A stretch of DNA of 24,000 bases from Escherichia coli. Lineage in GTDB: Bacteria > Pseudomonadota > Gammaproteobacteria > Enterobacterales > Enterobacteriaceae. The stretch lies in the NCBI RefSeq assembly GCF_037565025.1, contig NZ_CP148423.1. One strand, 5' to 3'. Made by a program: the position numbers and the translations under genes. Under the pieces are notes generated by a model. It saw nothing but the letters and a program-made list of their open reading frames with translations, ran no database searches and was not told where the DNA came from. Below, piece after piece: positions 1-10,221 of the stretch. Within the stretch, counting starts at the first letter, position 1. The number at the start of each line of letters is the position of its first letter.

Positions 1-310
1 CATCGTCGCGCCGCTGGTACGCGGTCGTATTCCGACTCTGGTGGATAACGTGCTGACCTGCATCACCCCGGGCTCCAGTGTCGATATTCTGGTCACAGAC
101 CACGGTATCGCAGTTAACCCGGCACGTCCGGAACTGGCAGAACGTCTGCAGGAAGCGGGCATTAAAGTGGTTTCCATTGAGTGGCTGCGCGAACGTGCGC
201 GTCTGCTGACCGGTGAACCACAGCCGATTGAATTCACCGACCGCGTCGTTGCCGTTGTGCGTTACCGCGATGGCTCGGTGATCGATGTTGTGCATCAGGT
301 GAAGGAATAA
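1..310 (+). CDS. citF: Citrate lyase alpha subunit, C-terminal fragment (5' end outside window)
   Basis: Frame starting at base 2 is open from the window edge to TAA at 308-310 (IVAPLVRGRIPTLVDNVLTCITPGSSVDILVTDHGIAVNP...VHQVKE); directly upstream of citX. Confidence 0.95.
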   Translation, partial: IVAPLVRGRIPTLVDNVLTCITPGSSVDILVTDHGIAVNPARPELAERLQEAGIKVVSIEWLRERARLLTGEPQPIEFTDRVVAVVRYRDGSVIDVVHQVKE

Positions 311-313
311 GCC

Positions 314-1718
<1,405 letters not shown>

Positions 1719-1768
1719 TTATTTAAGCACTTGATAAATTTGAAAATATTAATTTTCGGAGAACCCGT

Positions 1769-3232
1769 ATGTCTTTAGCAAAAGATAATATATGGAAACT
1801 ATTGGCCCCACTGGTGGTGATGGGTGTCATGTTTCTTATCCCTGTCCCCGACGGTATGCCACCACAGGCATGGCATTACTTCGCTGTGTTTGTGGCAATG
1901 ATTGTCGGCATGATCCTCGAGCCAATTCCGGCAACAGCGATCAGTTTTATTGCGGTTACTATTTGCGTTATTGGCAGTAATTACCTGCTCTTTGATGCCA
2001 AAGAATTAGCTGACCCAGCGTTTAATGCGCAAAAACAGGCGCTGAAATGGGGTCTGGCTGGTTTTTCCAGCACCACGGTATGGCTGGTATTTGGCGCATT
2101 TATTTTTGCATTAGGGTATGAAGTTTCCGGGTTAGGTCGTCGCATTGCCCTTTTCCTGGTGAAATTCATGGGCAAACGCACGCTGACGTTGGGTTATGCG
2201 ATTGTCATTATCGACATTCTGCTGGCACCGTTTACACCGTCCAACACCGCGCGTACCGGGGGTACGGTTTTTCCGGTCATTAAAAACCTGCCGCCGTTGT
2301 TTAAATCATTCCCCAACGATCCGTCCGCGCGTCGTATTGGCGGCTATTTGATGTGGATGATGGTCATTAGTACCAGTCTGAGTTCGTCCATGTTTGTCAC
2401 CGGTGCGGCACCAAACGTGCTGGGTCTGGAGTTCGTCAGCAAAATTGCCGGTATCCAGATTAGCTGGTTGCAGTGGTTCCTCTGCTTCCTGCCGGTTGGG
2501 GTTATCTTGCTTATCATTGCGCCGTGGCTTTCCTACGTGCTGTACAAACCGGAAATCACACACAGTGAAGAAGTGGCAACCTGGGCGGGTGATGAACTGA
2601 AAACCATGGGTGCGCTGACACGCAGAGAGTGGACACTGATTGGCCTTGTATTGCTCAGCTTAGGTTTGTGGGTTTTTGGCAGTGAAGTCATTAATGCTAC
2701 TGCAGTTGGTCTGCTGGCAGTTTCGCTAATGCTGGCCCTGCACGTTGTGCCTTGGAAAGATATTACCCGCTATAACAGCGCATGGAACACGCTGGTCAAC
2801 CTGGCAACTCTGGTTGTGATGGCTAACGGCCTGACTCGTTCTGGCTTTATTGACTGGTTCGCCGGTACCATGAGTACGCACCTGGAAGGATTCTCACCAA
2901 ACGCAACGGTGATTGTACTGGTTCTGGTGTTCTACTTTGCACACTACCTGTTTGCCAGCCTGTCTGCGCACACCGCAACCATGCTGCCGGTTATTCTGGC
3001 CGTCGGTAAAGGTATTCCGGGCGTACCAATGGAACAACTGTGTATCCTGCTGGTGCTGTCTATCGGTATCATGGGCTGTCTGACGCCGTATGCAACCGGT
3101 CCTGGGGTGATTATTTACGGCTGTGGCTATGTGAAATCAAAAGATTACTGGCGTCTTGGCGCAATCTTCGGGGTGATTTACATCTCTATGTTGCTGTTGG
3201 TTGGCTGGCCGATTCTCGCCATGTGGAACTAA
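1769..3232 (+). CDS. citT: Citrate:succinate antiporter (DASS/CitT family)
   Basis: 487-aa polytopic membrane protein, MSLAKDNIWKLLAPLVVMGVMFLIPVPDGMPPQAWHYFAVF...; GGAG ribosome-binding sequence upstream. Confidence 0.96.
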   Translation: MSLAKDNIWKLLAPLVVMGVMFLIPVPDGMPPQAWHYFAVFVAMIVGMILEPIPATAISFIAVTICVIGSNYLLFDAKELADPAFNAQKQALKWGLAGFSSTTVWLVFGAFIFALGYEVSGLGRRIALFLVKFMGKRTLTLGYAIVIIDILLAPFTPSNTARTGGTVFPVIKNLPPLFKSFPNDPSARRIGGYLMWMMVISTSLSSSMFVTGAAPNVLGLEFVSKIAGIQISWLQWFLCFLPVGVILLIIAPWLSYVLYKPEITHSEEVATWAGDELKTMGALTRREWTLIGLVLLSLGLWVFGSEVINATAVGLLAVSLMLALHVVPWKDITRYNSAWNTLVNLATLVVMANGLTRSGFIDWFAGTMSTHLEGFSPNATVIVLVLVFYFAHYLFASLSAHTATMLPVILAVGKGIPGVPMEQLCILLVLSIGIMGCLTPYATGPGVIIYGCGYVKSKDYWRLGAIFGVIYISMLLLVGWPILAMWN

Positions 3233-3263
3233 TACGTTCGCCAAACGCTGAATAAATCATCAC

Positions 3264-3297
3264 GCCCGCCAGGTTAGCCCACCTGGCGGGCTTTTTT
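3264..3297 (+). terminator. Intrinsic terminator downstream of citT
   Basis: Perfect 11-bp stem GCCCGCCAGGT (3264-3274) / ACCTGGCGGGC (3281-3291) with 6-nt loop, followed by a T-run. Confidence 0.93.
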
Positions 3298-3345
3298 ATG
3301 ATTTAATAGATAGTATTCAGTGTATGTATGAGTTCCACACCCATT

Positions 3346-4152
3346 ATGAAAGCATTCTGGCGTAACGCCGCGTTGCTCGCGGTTTCTCTGCTTCCCTTCT
3401 CTTCTGCCAACGCCGTAGCGTTGCAGGCAAAACAGTATGGCGATTTTGATCGCTATGTCCTGGCCCTCTCCTGGCAAACCGGATTTTGCCAGAGTCAACA
3501 CGATCGAAATCGTAACGAACGAGATGAATGTCGCCTGCAAACCGAAACGACCAACAAAGCTGATTTTCTGACCGTACATGGTCTGTGGCCAGGATTGCCT
3601 AAATCGGTTGCTGCCCGTGGTGTTGATGAACGCCGCTGGATGCGCTTCGGTTGCGCTACTCGCCCAATCCCGAATCTACCAGAAGCACGCGCCAGCCGAA
3701 TGTGTTCATCGCCGGAAACCGGGTTATCACTGGAAACGGCCGCTAAACTAAGTGAAGTCATGCCAGGAGCTGGCGGACGTTCCTGCCTGGAACGCTACGA
3801 ATATGCCAAACACGGTGCCTGCTTTGGTTTTGATCCGGACGCATACTTCGGTACGATGGTACGCCTGAATCAAGAAATTAAAGAGAGCGAAGCCGGAAAA
3901 TTCCTTGCGGATAATTACGGTAAAACAGTGAGCCGCCGTGACTTTGACGCCGCCTTTGCCAAAAGCTGGGGAAAAGAGAACGTGAAAGCAGTTAAGCTAA
4001 CGTGCCAGGGTAACCCTGCGTATTTGACTGAAATTCAGATCTCGATCAAAGCTGACGCCATCAACGCTCCGCTTTCTGCAAACTCATTCTTGCCACAACC
4101 ACACCCAGGCAACTGTGGCAAAACCTTTGTGATTGATAAAGTGGGTTATTAA
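3346..4152 (+). CDS. rna: Ribonuclease I, periplasmic RNase T2 family
   Basis: 268 aa from ATG 3346 (MKAFWRNAALLAVSLLPFSSANA signal peptide); T2 catalytic motifs HGLWPGLP and YEYAKHGACF. The ORF track start at 3328 adds 6 residues. Confidence 0.95.
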   Translation: MKAFWRNAALLAVSLLPFSSANAVALQAKQYGDFDRYVLALSWQTGFCQSQHDRNRNERDECRLQTETTNKADFLTVHGLWPGLPKSVAARGVDERRWMRFGCATRPIPNLPEARASRMCSSPETGLSLETAAKLSEVMPGAGGRSCLERYEYAKHGACFGFDPDAYFGTMVRLNQEIKESEAGKFLADNYGKTVSRRDFDAAFAKSWGKENVKAVKLTCQGNPAYLTEIQISIKADAINAPLSANSFLPQPHPGNCGKTFVIDKVGY

Positions 4153-4224
4153 TCATCTGATTTACAAAACACGCTAATTCGTCTTCCATAAACCGTGACG
4201 ATTAAGAATTATACATAATGCGCT

Positions 4225-4333
4225 GCATTGAGGAATTCCCTGAATGTGACGCAAATCACTTCAAAGAGTGAGCAACAGTCAGTATCATCATGTGAGTTAA
4301 ACCCTCGCCGCCTGACGGTGAGGGTTTTCTTTT
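4225..4333 (+). promoter_or_regulatory. Putative rnk leader / transcription attenuator
   Basis: AT-rich promoter-like stretch (AATTATACATAATG, about 4208-4220), then an untranslated segment ending in hairpin CCCTCGCCG (4302-4310) / CGGTGAGGG (4316-4324) with one G:T pair and T-rich tail TTTTCTTTT, about 50 nt before rnk ATG. An rnk leader attenuator is described for enterobacteria (Rfam family, from memory). 5' boundary approximate. Confidence 0.65.
4302..4333 (+). terminator. Premature terminator hairpin upstream of rnk
   Basis: 9-bp stem CCCTCGCCG-cctga-CGGTGAGGG followed by TTTTCTTTT. Confidence 0.8.
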
Positions 4334-4381
4334 GGGTATGTTTATCTGCGACACTCGCAGTACCGACGACATGGAGTAAAA

Positions 4382-4792
4382 ATGTCCAGACCAACTATCA
4401 TCATTAACGACCTGGATGCCGAACGCATCGATATTCTGCTGGAGCAACCCGCCTATGCTGGTTTGCCAATCGCCGACGCGTTAAACGCAGAGTTGGATCG
4501 CGCCCAAATGTGTTCGCCAGAAGAGATGCCACACGACGTGGTGACAATGAACAGCCGGGTTAAATTCCGCAATCTTAGCGATGGCGAAGTGCGTGTGCGC
4601 ACGCTGGTGTATCCGGCAAAAATGACCGATAGCAATACTCAGCTTTCCGTTATGGCTCCGGTAGGTGCCGCACTGCTGGGGCTGCGCGTTGGCGATTCCA
4701 TTCACTGGGAACTTCCGGGCGGCGTTGCAACCCACCTTGAAGTGCTGGAACTCGAATACCAGCCAGAAGCTGCTGGCGACTACCTGCTTTAA
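4382..4792 (+). CDS. rnk: Regulator of nucleoside diphosphate kinase (GreA-like C-terminal fold, Rnk family)
   Basis: 136-aa [44 protein letters not shown]... Confidence 0.95.
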
Positions 4793-4825
4793 TCCCATCT
4801 GCACAAGCGATAACTCGCTTTGCCC

Positions 4826-4849
4826 AGAGGATGCACTCGCATCCTCTTT
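4826..4849 (+). terminator. Possible weak intrinsic terminator downstream of rnk
   Basis: Perfect 8-bp stem AGAGGATG (4826-4833) / CATCCTCT (4840-4847) with a 6-nt loop; only a short T tract follows. Confidence 0.5.
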
Positions 4850-4934
4850 ACGCTCAAATATCAACCAGATTTATCATTTTGCGCTTAAGCGCAGCATTCT
4901 AATCTGAACTGGTTATTCATCTGCGGAACCTCAT

Positions 4935-5024
4935 ATGAGCGAAGCTCTCGGTATCACTGCATTTTATATATTCATAGCCGCAATTATTGTTGCTGCAGTG
5001 CTATACCTTGAACAACGCTGGTAG
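4935..5024 (+). CDS. Candidate 29-aa single-pass membrane micro-protein
   Basis: ATG AGC GAA ... CGC TGG TAG encodes MSEALGITAFYIFIAAIIVAAVLYLEQRW, with one hydrophobic helix and a charged C-terminus; GGAA located 8 nt upstream. Not in the supplied ORF track (too short). Confidence 0.45.
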   Translation: MSEALGITAFYIFIAAIIVAAVLYLEQRW

Positions 5025-5147
5025 CGCCTGGTTTTATTTATTTTCCAGCTCAATATCAAATTCAGATCAAATCAGCCTCGCAAATCATAGATTCATAACC
5101 AATAATGTGCTGTTATGTATACATGCAAAAACAAGGAGAGAATGGTT

Positions 5148-5576
5148 ATGTATAAGACAATCATTATGCCAGTTGATGTATTTGAAATGGAATTGAGCGA
5201 CAAAGCTGTTCGCCACGCTGAATTCCTCGCCCAGGATGACGGAGTTATTCATCTACTTCACGTACTACCCGGGTCAGCCAGCCTGAGCCTGCACCGTTTT
5301 GCCGCTGATGTGCGTCGTTTTGAAGAGCATCTGCAACATGAAGCAGAAGAACGTCTGCAAACGATGGTCAGCCACTTCACCATCGATCCTTCCCGCATTA
5401 AACAACATGTCCGTTTTGGTAGCGTGCGGGATGAAGTCAATGAGTTGGCAGAAGAACTGGGGGCTGATGTTGTAGTTATTGGTTCTCGCAACCCATCGAT
5501 TTCGACCCATCTGTTAGGTTCTAACGCCTCGAGCGTGATCCGCCATGCCAATCTGCCGGTGCTGGTTGTGCGTTAA
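5148..5576 (+). CDS. uspG: Universal stress protein UP12 (UspG)
   Basis: 142 aa from ATG 5148 ([32 protein letters not shown]...), GGAGAG ribosome-binding site. The ORF track start at 5115 adds 11 residues. Confidence 0.95.
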   Translation: MYKTIIMPVDVFEMELSDKAVRHAEFLAQDDGVIHLLHVLPGSASLSLHRFAADVRRFEEHLQHEAEERLQTMVSHFTIDPSRIKQHVRFGSVRDEVNELAEELGADVVVIGSRNPSISTHLLGSNASSVIRHANLPVLVVR

Positions 5577-5595
5577 TTGCCAGAATAAATATCCC

Positions 5596-5628
5596 GCCCT
5601 GCCCGGAGCCATCCCGGCAGGGCTTTTT
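5596..5628 (+). terminator. Intrinsic terminator of uspG
   Basis: GCCCTGCC(c)GG ... CCGGCAGGGC stem followed by TTTTT. Confidence 0.85.
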
Positions 5629-5635
5629 AATGCCA

Positions 5636-5667
5636 TAAAAAAGCCGCCAGGTTTGACCCCGGCGGCT
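5636..5667 (-). terminator. Intrinsic terminator of ahpF (minus strand)
   Basis: AGCCGCC (5642-5648) / GGCGGCT (5661-5667), with inner GG/CC pairing; read on the minus strand it is followed by a T-run (A-run at about 5637-5642 on +). Confidence 0.88.
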
Positions 5668-5696
5668 AAGCAATTGCAGGTGAATCTTACTTCTTC

Positions 5697-7262
5697 TTAT
5701 GCAGTTTTGGTGCGAATCAGGTAGTCAAAAGCACTCAGAGAGGCTTTGGCACCTTCGCCAGTGGCGATGATGATCTGCTTGTACGGAACCGTCGTACAGT
5801 CACCCGCTGCGAATACGCCTTTGACGTTGGTTTCGCATTTCGCATCAATGATAATCTCACCCATGCGGTTACGTTCGACTGCGCCTTCCAGCCAGTTGGT
5901 GTTCGGCAGCAGACCAATCTGGACGAAAATACCGGCCAGTTCGATGTTGTGAATATCGCCGCTGACACGATCTCGATATTCCAGACCAACGACTTTGCTG
6001 CCGTCGCCTTTCACTTCCGTGGTTTGCGCATTCAGAATAATGTCGACGTTTTTCAGGCTGCGCAGTTTGTCCTGCAGAACCTGGTCGGCTTTCATTTCTG
6101 GCGCAAATTCGAGCAGCGTTACGTGCTCAACGATACCCGCCAGGTCAATTGCCGCTTCCACGCCGGAGTTACCGCCGCCGATAACCGCTACGCGTTTGCC
6201 TTTAAACAGCGGGCCGTCGCAGTGCGGGCAGTAGGTCACGCCTTTGGTGCGATACTGATCTTCGCCAGGAACGTTCATGTTGCGCCATTTTGCACCGGTC
6301 GCCACGATAATGCTGCGTGCTTTCAGTACCGCGCCAGAAGCTGTTTCAATCTGATGCAGACCACCTTCAACTGCTGCTGGGATCAGTTTGCTGGCGCTCT
6401 GGCTGTCGATCACATCAACGTCGTATTCATCAACGTGAACTTTCAGTGCGCCTGCCAGCTTCTGCCCTTCAGTCTTCGGTACAGAAATGTAGTTTTCGAT
6501 ATCAACGGTATCGAGGATCTGACCACCAAAACGTTCGCCCATCAGACCGGTACGGATGCCTTTACGTGCGGAGTAAATTGCTGCCGCTGCACCCGCCGGG
6601 CCGGAACCAACGATTAATACGTCATAAGCATCACGCTTGTTCAGCTCTTCTGCCGCACGTTTTTCCGCGCCCGTATCAATTTTGGCAACGATTTCAGTCA
6701 ACGTCATGCGGCCCTGACCAAACTCTTTCCCGTTTACGAACACTGCCGGAACGCCCATCACGTTGCGATCGGTGATTTCGTTCTGGAAGGTGCCGCCGTC
6801 AATTGCAGTGTGCTTGATGCGTGGGTTCAGTACGCTCATCAGGTTCAGCGCCTGCACCACGTCCGGGCAGTTATGGCAAGAGAGCGAGTAATAGGTTTCG
6901 AATTCAAAATCACCGTCAATATGGCGAATCTGCTCCAGCAGAGACTGCGCTTCTTTCGACGGATGACCACCGGTCCACAGCAACGCCAGTACCAGCGAGG
7001 TGAACTCGTGGCCCAGCGGGGAGCCTGCAAAACGTGGCCCCTGGTTGGAACCTGGGTTGGTGATCAGGAAAGACGGCTTACGCACCGGCAAGCTGTTATC
7101 TTCTTTAAAGGTGACTTTGTCTGACAGTTCTGCGATTTCAGCCAACAGTTCCTTGATTTCTGCCGATTTAGCGCTGTCATCCAGCGTGGCAATTAACTCA
7201 ACAGGCTTGGTCAATTTCTCAAGGTAAGCCTTGAGTTGAGTTTTCATATTTGTGTCGAGCAT
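5697..7262 (-). CDS. ahpF: Alkyl hydroperoxide reductase, AhpF flavoprotein subunit
   Basis: 521 aa from [23 protein letters not shown]; CPHC redox motif ([11 protein letters not shown]), CHNCPD motif in the N-terminal domain, and FAD/NAD-binding motifs. The ORF track start at 7292 adds 10 residues. Confidence 0.96.
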
Positions 7263-7432
7263 GTTTATCTCCTGGGCTTTAAACATCATCATGCAAGCGG
7301 CCTCTGCGGCTACCTGGATGCAGCTTGCATCATGGTGCGGGGAAGAAAATCGGGTGCCGCAGCACCCGAAGAATTAGGTGAATTTCCGAAGTATTTCGCG
7401 CCGGAGTTGGTAGCGCGAAAGACGAAGGAAAT

Positions 7433-7996
7433 TTAGATTTTACCAACCAGGTCCAGAGACGGAGCCAGAGTTGCTTCACCTTCTTTCCATTTAGCCGGGC
7501 AAACTTCACCTGGGTGAGAAGCTACGTACTGTGCTGCTTTGATTTTACGCAGCAGGTCAGACGCGTCACGGCCAATGCCTTCAGCGGTAACTTCGATTGC
7601 CTGGATGATACCCTGCGGGTCAACAACGAAGGTCGCACGGTCAGCCAGACCTTCATCTTCACGCATGTTGTCGAAGTTACGGGTCAGGGCGCCAGTCGGG
7701 TCGCCGATCATCGCATATTTGATTTTAGCGATGGTTTCAGAGCTGCTGTGCCATGCTTTGTGGGTGAAGTGAGTATCGGTAGATACTGCGTATACGTCTA
7801 CGCCCAGTTTCTGCAGTTCTTCGTAGTGGTCAGCAACGTCACCCAGTTCGGTCGGGCATACGAAAGTAAAGTCAGCCGGGTAGAAGAAGAAGACGCTCCA
7901 GCGGCCTTCGGTATCTTTTTCGGTGATTTCGATGAATTCGCCGTTTTTGAATGCCTGGTTTTTAAAAGGTTTAATTTTGGTGTTAATCAAGGACAT
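7433..7996 (-). CDS. ahpC: Alkyl hydroperoxide reductase peroxiredoxin subunit AhpC
   Basis: 187 aa, [53 protein letters not shown]...; resolving Cys in [10 protein letters not shown]. Confidence 0.97.
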   Translation of the reverse strand: MSLINTKIKPFKNQAFKNGEFIEITEKDTEGRWSVFFFYPADFTFVCPTELGDVADHYEELQKLGVDVYAVSTDTHFTHKAWHSSSETIAKIKYAMIGDPTGALTRNFDNMREDEGLADRATFVVDPQGIIQAIEVTAEGIGRDASDLLRKIKAAQYVASHPGEVCPAKWKEGEATLAPSLDLVGKI

Positions 7997-8295
7997 CTAT
8001 ACTTCCTCCGTGTTTTCGATGAGATGTAAGGTAACCAATTTTTGCCGATTCGGCTAATGCGTTTCCATTATCAAATCGATAAGTTTTACCTTACAACCTT
8101 CGTAAGACAACTTTGTGAACTTTGCACCGCCAGCGGCGATAAAAAGTAAAATGGCCCCCTTTCCAGGTGACCGTGTAATCTGAACTACCCTTTGGTATCT
8201 TCAGCGCCTGCCTGCAGGCTGAGGTGTTGCCCTTACAAATGCAACAACGACATGGATTACAACACCCTCATAAACAAAGGGCAATCACCTGATCT

Positions 8296-8332
8296 AAGCT
8301 CTTACCTATGACAGTGATAGGTTATGCCTTTT
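8296..8332 (+). promoter_or_regulatory. Candidate OxyR-binding array upstream of dsbG
   Basis: TAAG-N7-CTAT-N7-ATAG-N7-CTTT spacing (8296-8332), close to the OxyR consensus ATAG-N7-CTAT-N7-ATAG-N7-CTAT; central quasi-palindrome ACCTATGACAGTGATAGGT. OxyR control of dsbG is reported. Confidence 0.55.
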
Positions 8333-8367
8333 ACTCGACTTTTGCACTGACTGAAAAGGACAAATTA

Positions 8368-9114
8368 ATGTTAAAAAAGATACTTTTACTGGCTCTGCTT
8401 CCTGCAATCGCCTTCGCAGAGGAACTTCCTTCCCCAGTAAAAGCGATTGAAAAACAGGGCATTACAATCATCAAAACGTTCGATGCCCCCGGAGGAATGA
8501 AAGGTTATCTCGGAAAGTATCAGGATATGGGCGTCACCATCTACCTGACTCCCGATGGTAAGCACGCTATCTCTGGTTACATGTACAACGAGAAAGGTGA
8601 AAACCTGAGTAACACACTTATCGAAAAAGAAATTTACGCACCAGCCGGACGCGAAATGTGGCAACGGATGGAACAATCCCACTGGCTCCTCGACGGTAAA
8701 AAAGATGCGCCGGTCATTGTCTACGTGTTCGCCGATCCGTTCTGCCCATATTGTAAACAGTTCTGGCAGCAGGCGCGCCCGTGGGTAGATTCTGGCAAAG
8801 TGCAATTAAGAACATTGTTGGTTGGGGTTATCAAGCCAGAAAGCCCGGCGACAGCAGCGGCAATTCTTGCCTCCAAAGATCCCGCAAAAACCTGGCAAGA
8901 ATATGAATCCTCTGGTGGCAAGCTTAAGCTAAACGTGCCTGCAAACGTAAGTACAGAACAAATGAAAGTGTTAAGCGCCAACGAGAAACTCATGGACGAT
9001 CTGGGGGCAAATGTCACACCAGCTATCTATTACATGAGTAAGGAAAATACGCTGCAACAGGCCGTGGGGTTGCCCGATCAGAAAACGCTTAATATCATTA
9101 TGGGGAATAAATAA
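8368..9114 (+). CDS. dsbG: Periplasmic thiol:disulfide isomerase / sulfenic acid reductase DsbG
   Basis: 248 aa from ATG 8368 ([21 protein letters not shown] signal peptide); CPYC active site in [13 protein letters not shown]. The ORF track start at 8308 is upstream of the likely start. Confidence 0.96.
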   Translation: MLKKILLLALLPAIAFAEELPSPVKAIEKQGITIIKTFDAPGGMKGYLGKYQDMGVTIYLTPDGKHAISGYMYNEKGENLSNTLIEKEIYAPAGREMWQRMEQSHWLLDGKKDAPVIVYVFADPFCPYCKQFWQQARPWVDSGKVQLRTLLVGVIKPESPATAAAILASKDPAKTWQEYESSGGKLKLNVPANVSTEQMKVLSANEKLMDDLGANVTPAIYYMSKENTLQQAVGLPDQKTLNIIMGNK

Positions 9115-9318
9115 AAGATAATTCATGGATGGTTGAAATACATCCCTGCTTTTCAACCATCCTAAAAAAGCATGAATTGCTCGTAACCCACCTGACAGCT
9201 ATGCTATTTTAGAAAATCTTAATCCAAAGTTAAGCAGAAAAACATAATACATATAAATACAACAACATTATTGATCAAGTGAATGATTTATGGAAGAGAC
9301 AATACAACGGAGTATGTT

Positions 9319-10221
9319 ATGGCTAATCTTTATAATCTAAAAAAATTTGACCTCAATTTACTTGTCATATTTGAGTGTATTTACCAGCATTTAAGCATTA
9401 GCAAAGCTGCTGAATCACTATATATCACCCCATCAGCCGTGAGCCAGTCGTTACAACGCTTACGTGCGCAATTTAATGACCCTTTATTCATTCGCTCAGG
9501 AAAAGGTATCGCGCCGACGACAACAGGGTTGAATCTGCATCACCATCTTGAGAAAAACCTCAAAGGCCTTGAACAAACAATTAATATAGTCAATAAGTCC
9601 GAACTAAAGAAAAACTTTATTATTTACGGCCCTCAGCTCATTTCTTGCTCTAATAATAACATGCTAATCCGCTGTCTTAGACAAGATACTTCAATCGATA
9701 TAGAATGCCATGACATACTGCTTTCAGCTGAAAATGCCGAAGAACTGTTGGTTCAACGCAAAACTGACCTGGTAATTACGCTGCAACCAGTAATAAGCCG
9801 CTCTGTCATCTGCATGCCGTTACACACTATTCGCAATTCTCTTATATGTAGCAACAAGCATCCTCGTATTACTAATACCAGTAACTATGAACAAATTATC
9901 GCCGAAGAATTCACCCTGTTGATATCTAAATCGGCAAAGATTGACGAAATTCAAATGGACATAGATGAACGTTTTATAAACCGTAAAGTTTCATTTCGCA
10001 GTTCTTCTTTGTTGACTATAATTAATAGTATTTCTGTTACTGACTTACTGGGTATTGTTCCCACTGAACTGTACGATTTACATCGTGACTTTTTGAAGTT
10101 AAAAGAAATAAAACTGGAACAACCTCTTCCTGCGGTTAAACTTTATATATCCTATAACAAGGCTTCGTTGAACAACCTTGTCTTCTCCCGATTCATAGAT
10201 TGTTTAAATGATAGCTTCTGA
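9319..10221 (+). CDS. ybdO: LysR-family transcriptional regulator YbdO (also named CitR)
   Basis: 300 aa from ATG 9319 (MANLYNLKKFDLNLLVIFECIYQHLSISKAAESLYITPSAVSQSLQRLRAQFNDPLFIRSGKGIAPT): canonical LysR winged helix-turn-helix. Confidence 0.93.
   Translation: MANLYNLKKFDLNLLVIFECIYQHLSISKAAESLYITPSAVSQSLQRLRAQFNDPLFIRSGKGIAPTTTGLNLHHHLEKNLKGLEQTINIVNKSELKKNFIIYGPQLISCSNNNMLIRCLRQDTSIDIECHDILLSAENAEELLVQRKTDLVITLQPVISRSVICMPLHTIRNSLICSNKHPRITNTSNYEQIIAEEFTLLISKSAKIDEIQMDIDERFINRKVSFRSSSLLTIINSISVTDLLGIVPTELYDLHRDFLKLKEIKLEQPLPAVKLYISYNKASLNNLVFSRFIDCLNDSF

Noticed and set aside
5115-5147. 11-aa N-terminal extension of uspG in the ORF track
   Set aside because: The GGAGAG ribosome-binding sequence and family N-terminus ([11 protein letters not shown]) support the ATG at 5148.
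5949-6617. 222-aa ORF antisense to ahpF
   Set aside because: Lies wholly within ahpF on the opposite strand, with no ribosome-binding site or recognisable domain; explained by ahpF codon usage.
7514-8029. 171-aa ORF antisense to ahpC
   Set aside because: Shadow ORF of a highly biased, highly expressed gene; no independent support.
8210-8219. GCCTGCAGGC 10-bp perfect palindrome between ahpC and dsbG
   Set aside because: Short, contains a PstI site, and has no pattern match to a known regulator or repeat family; likely chance.
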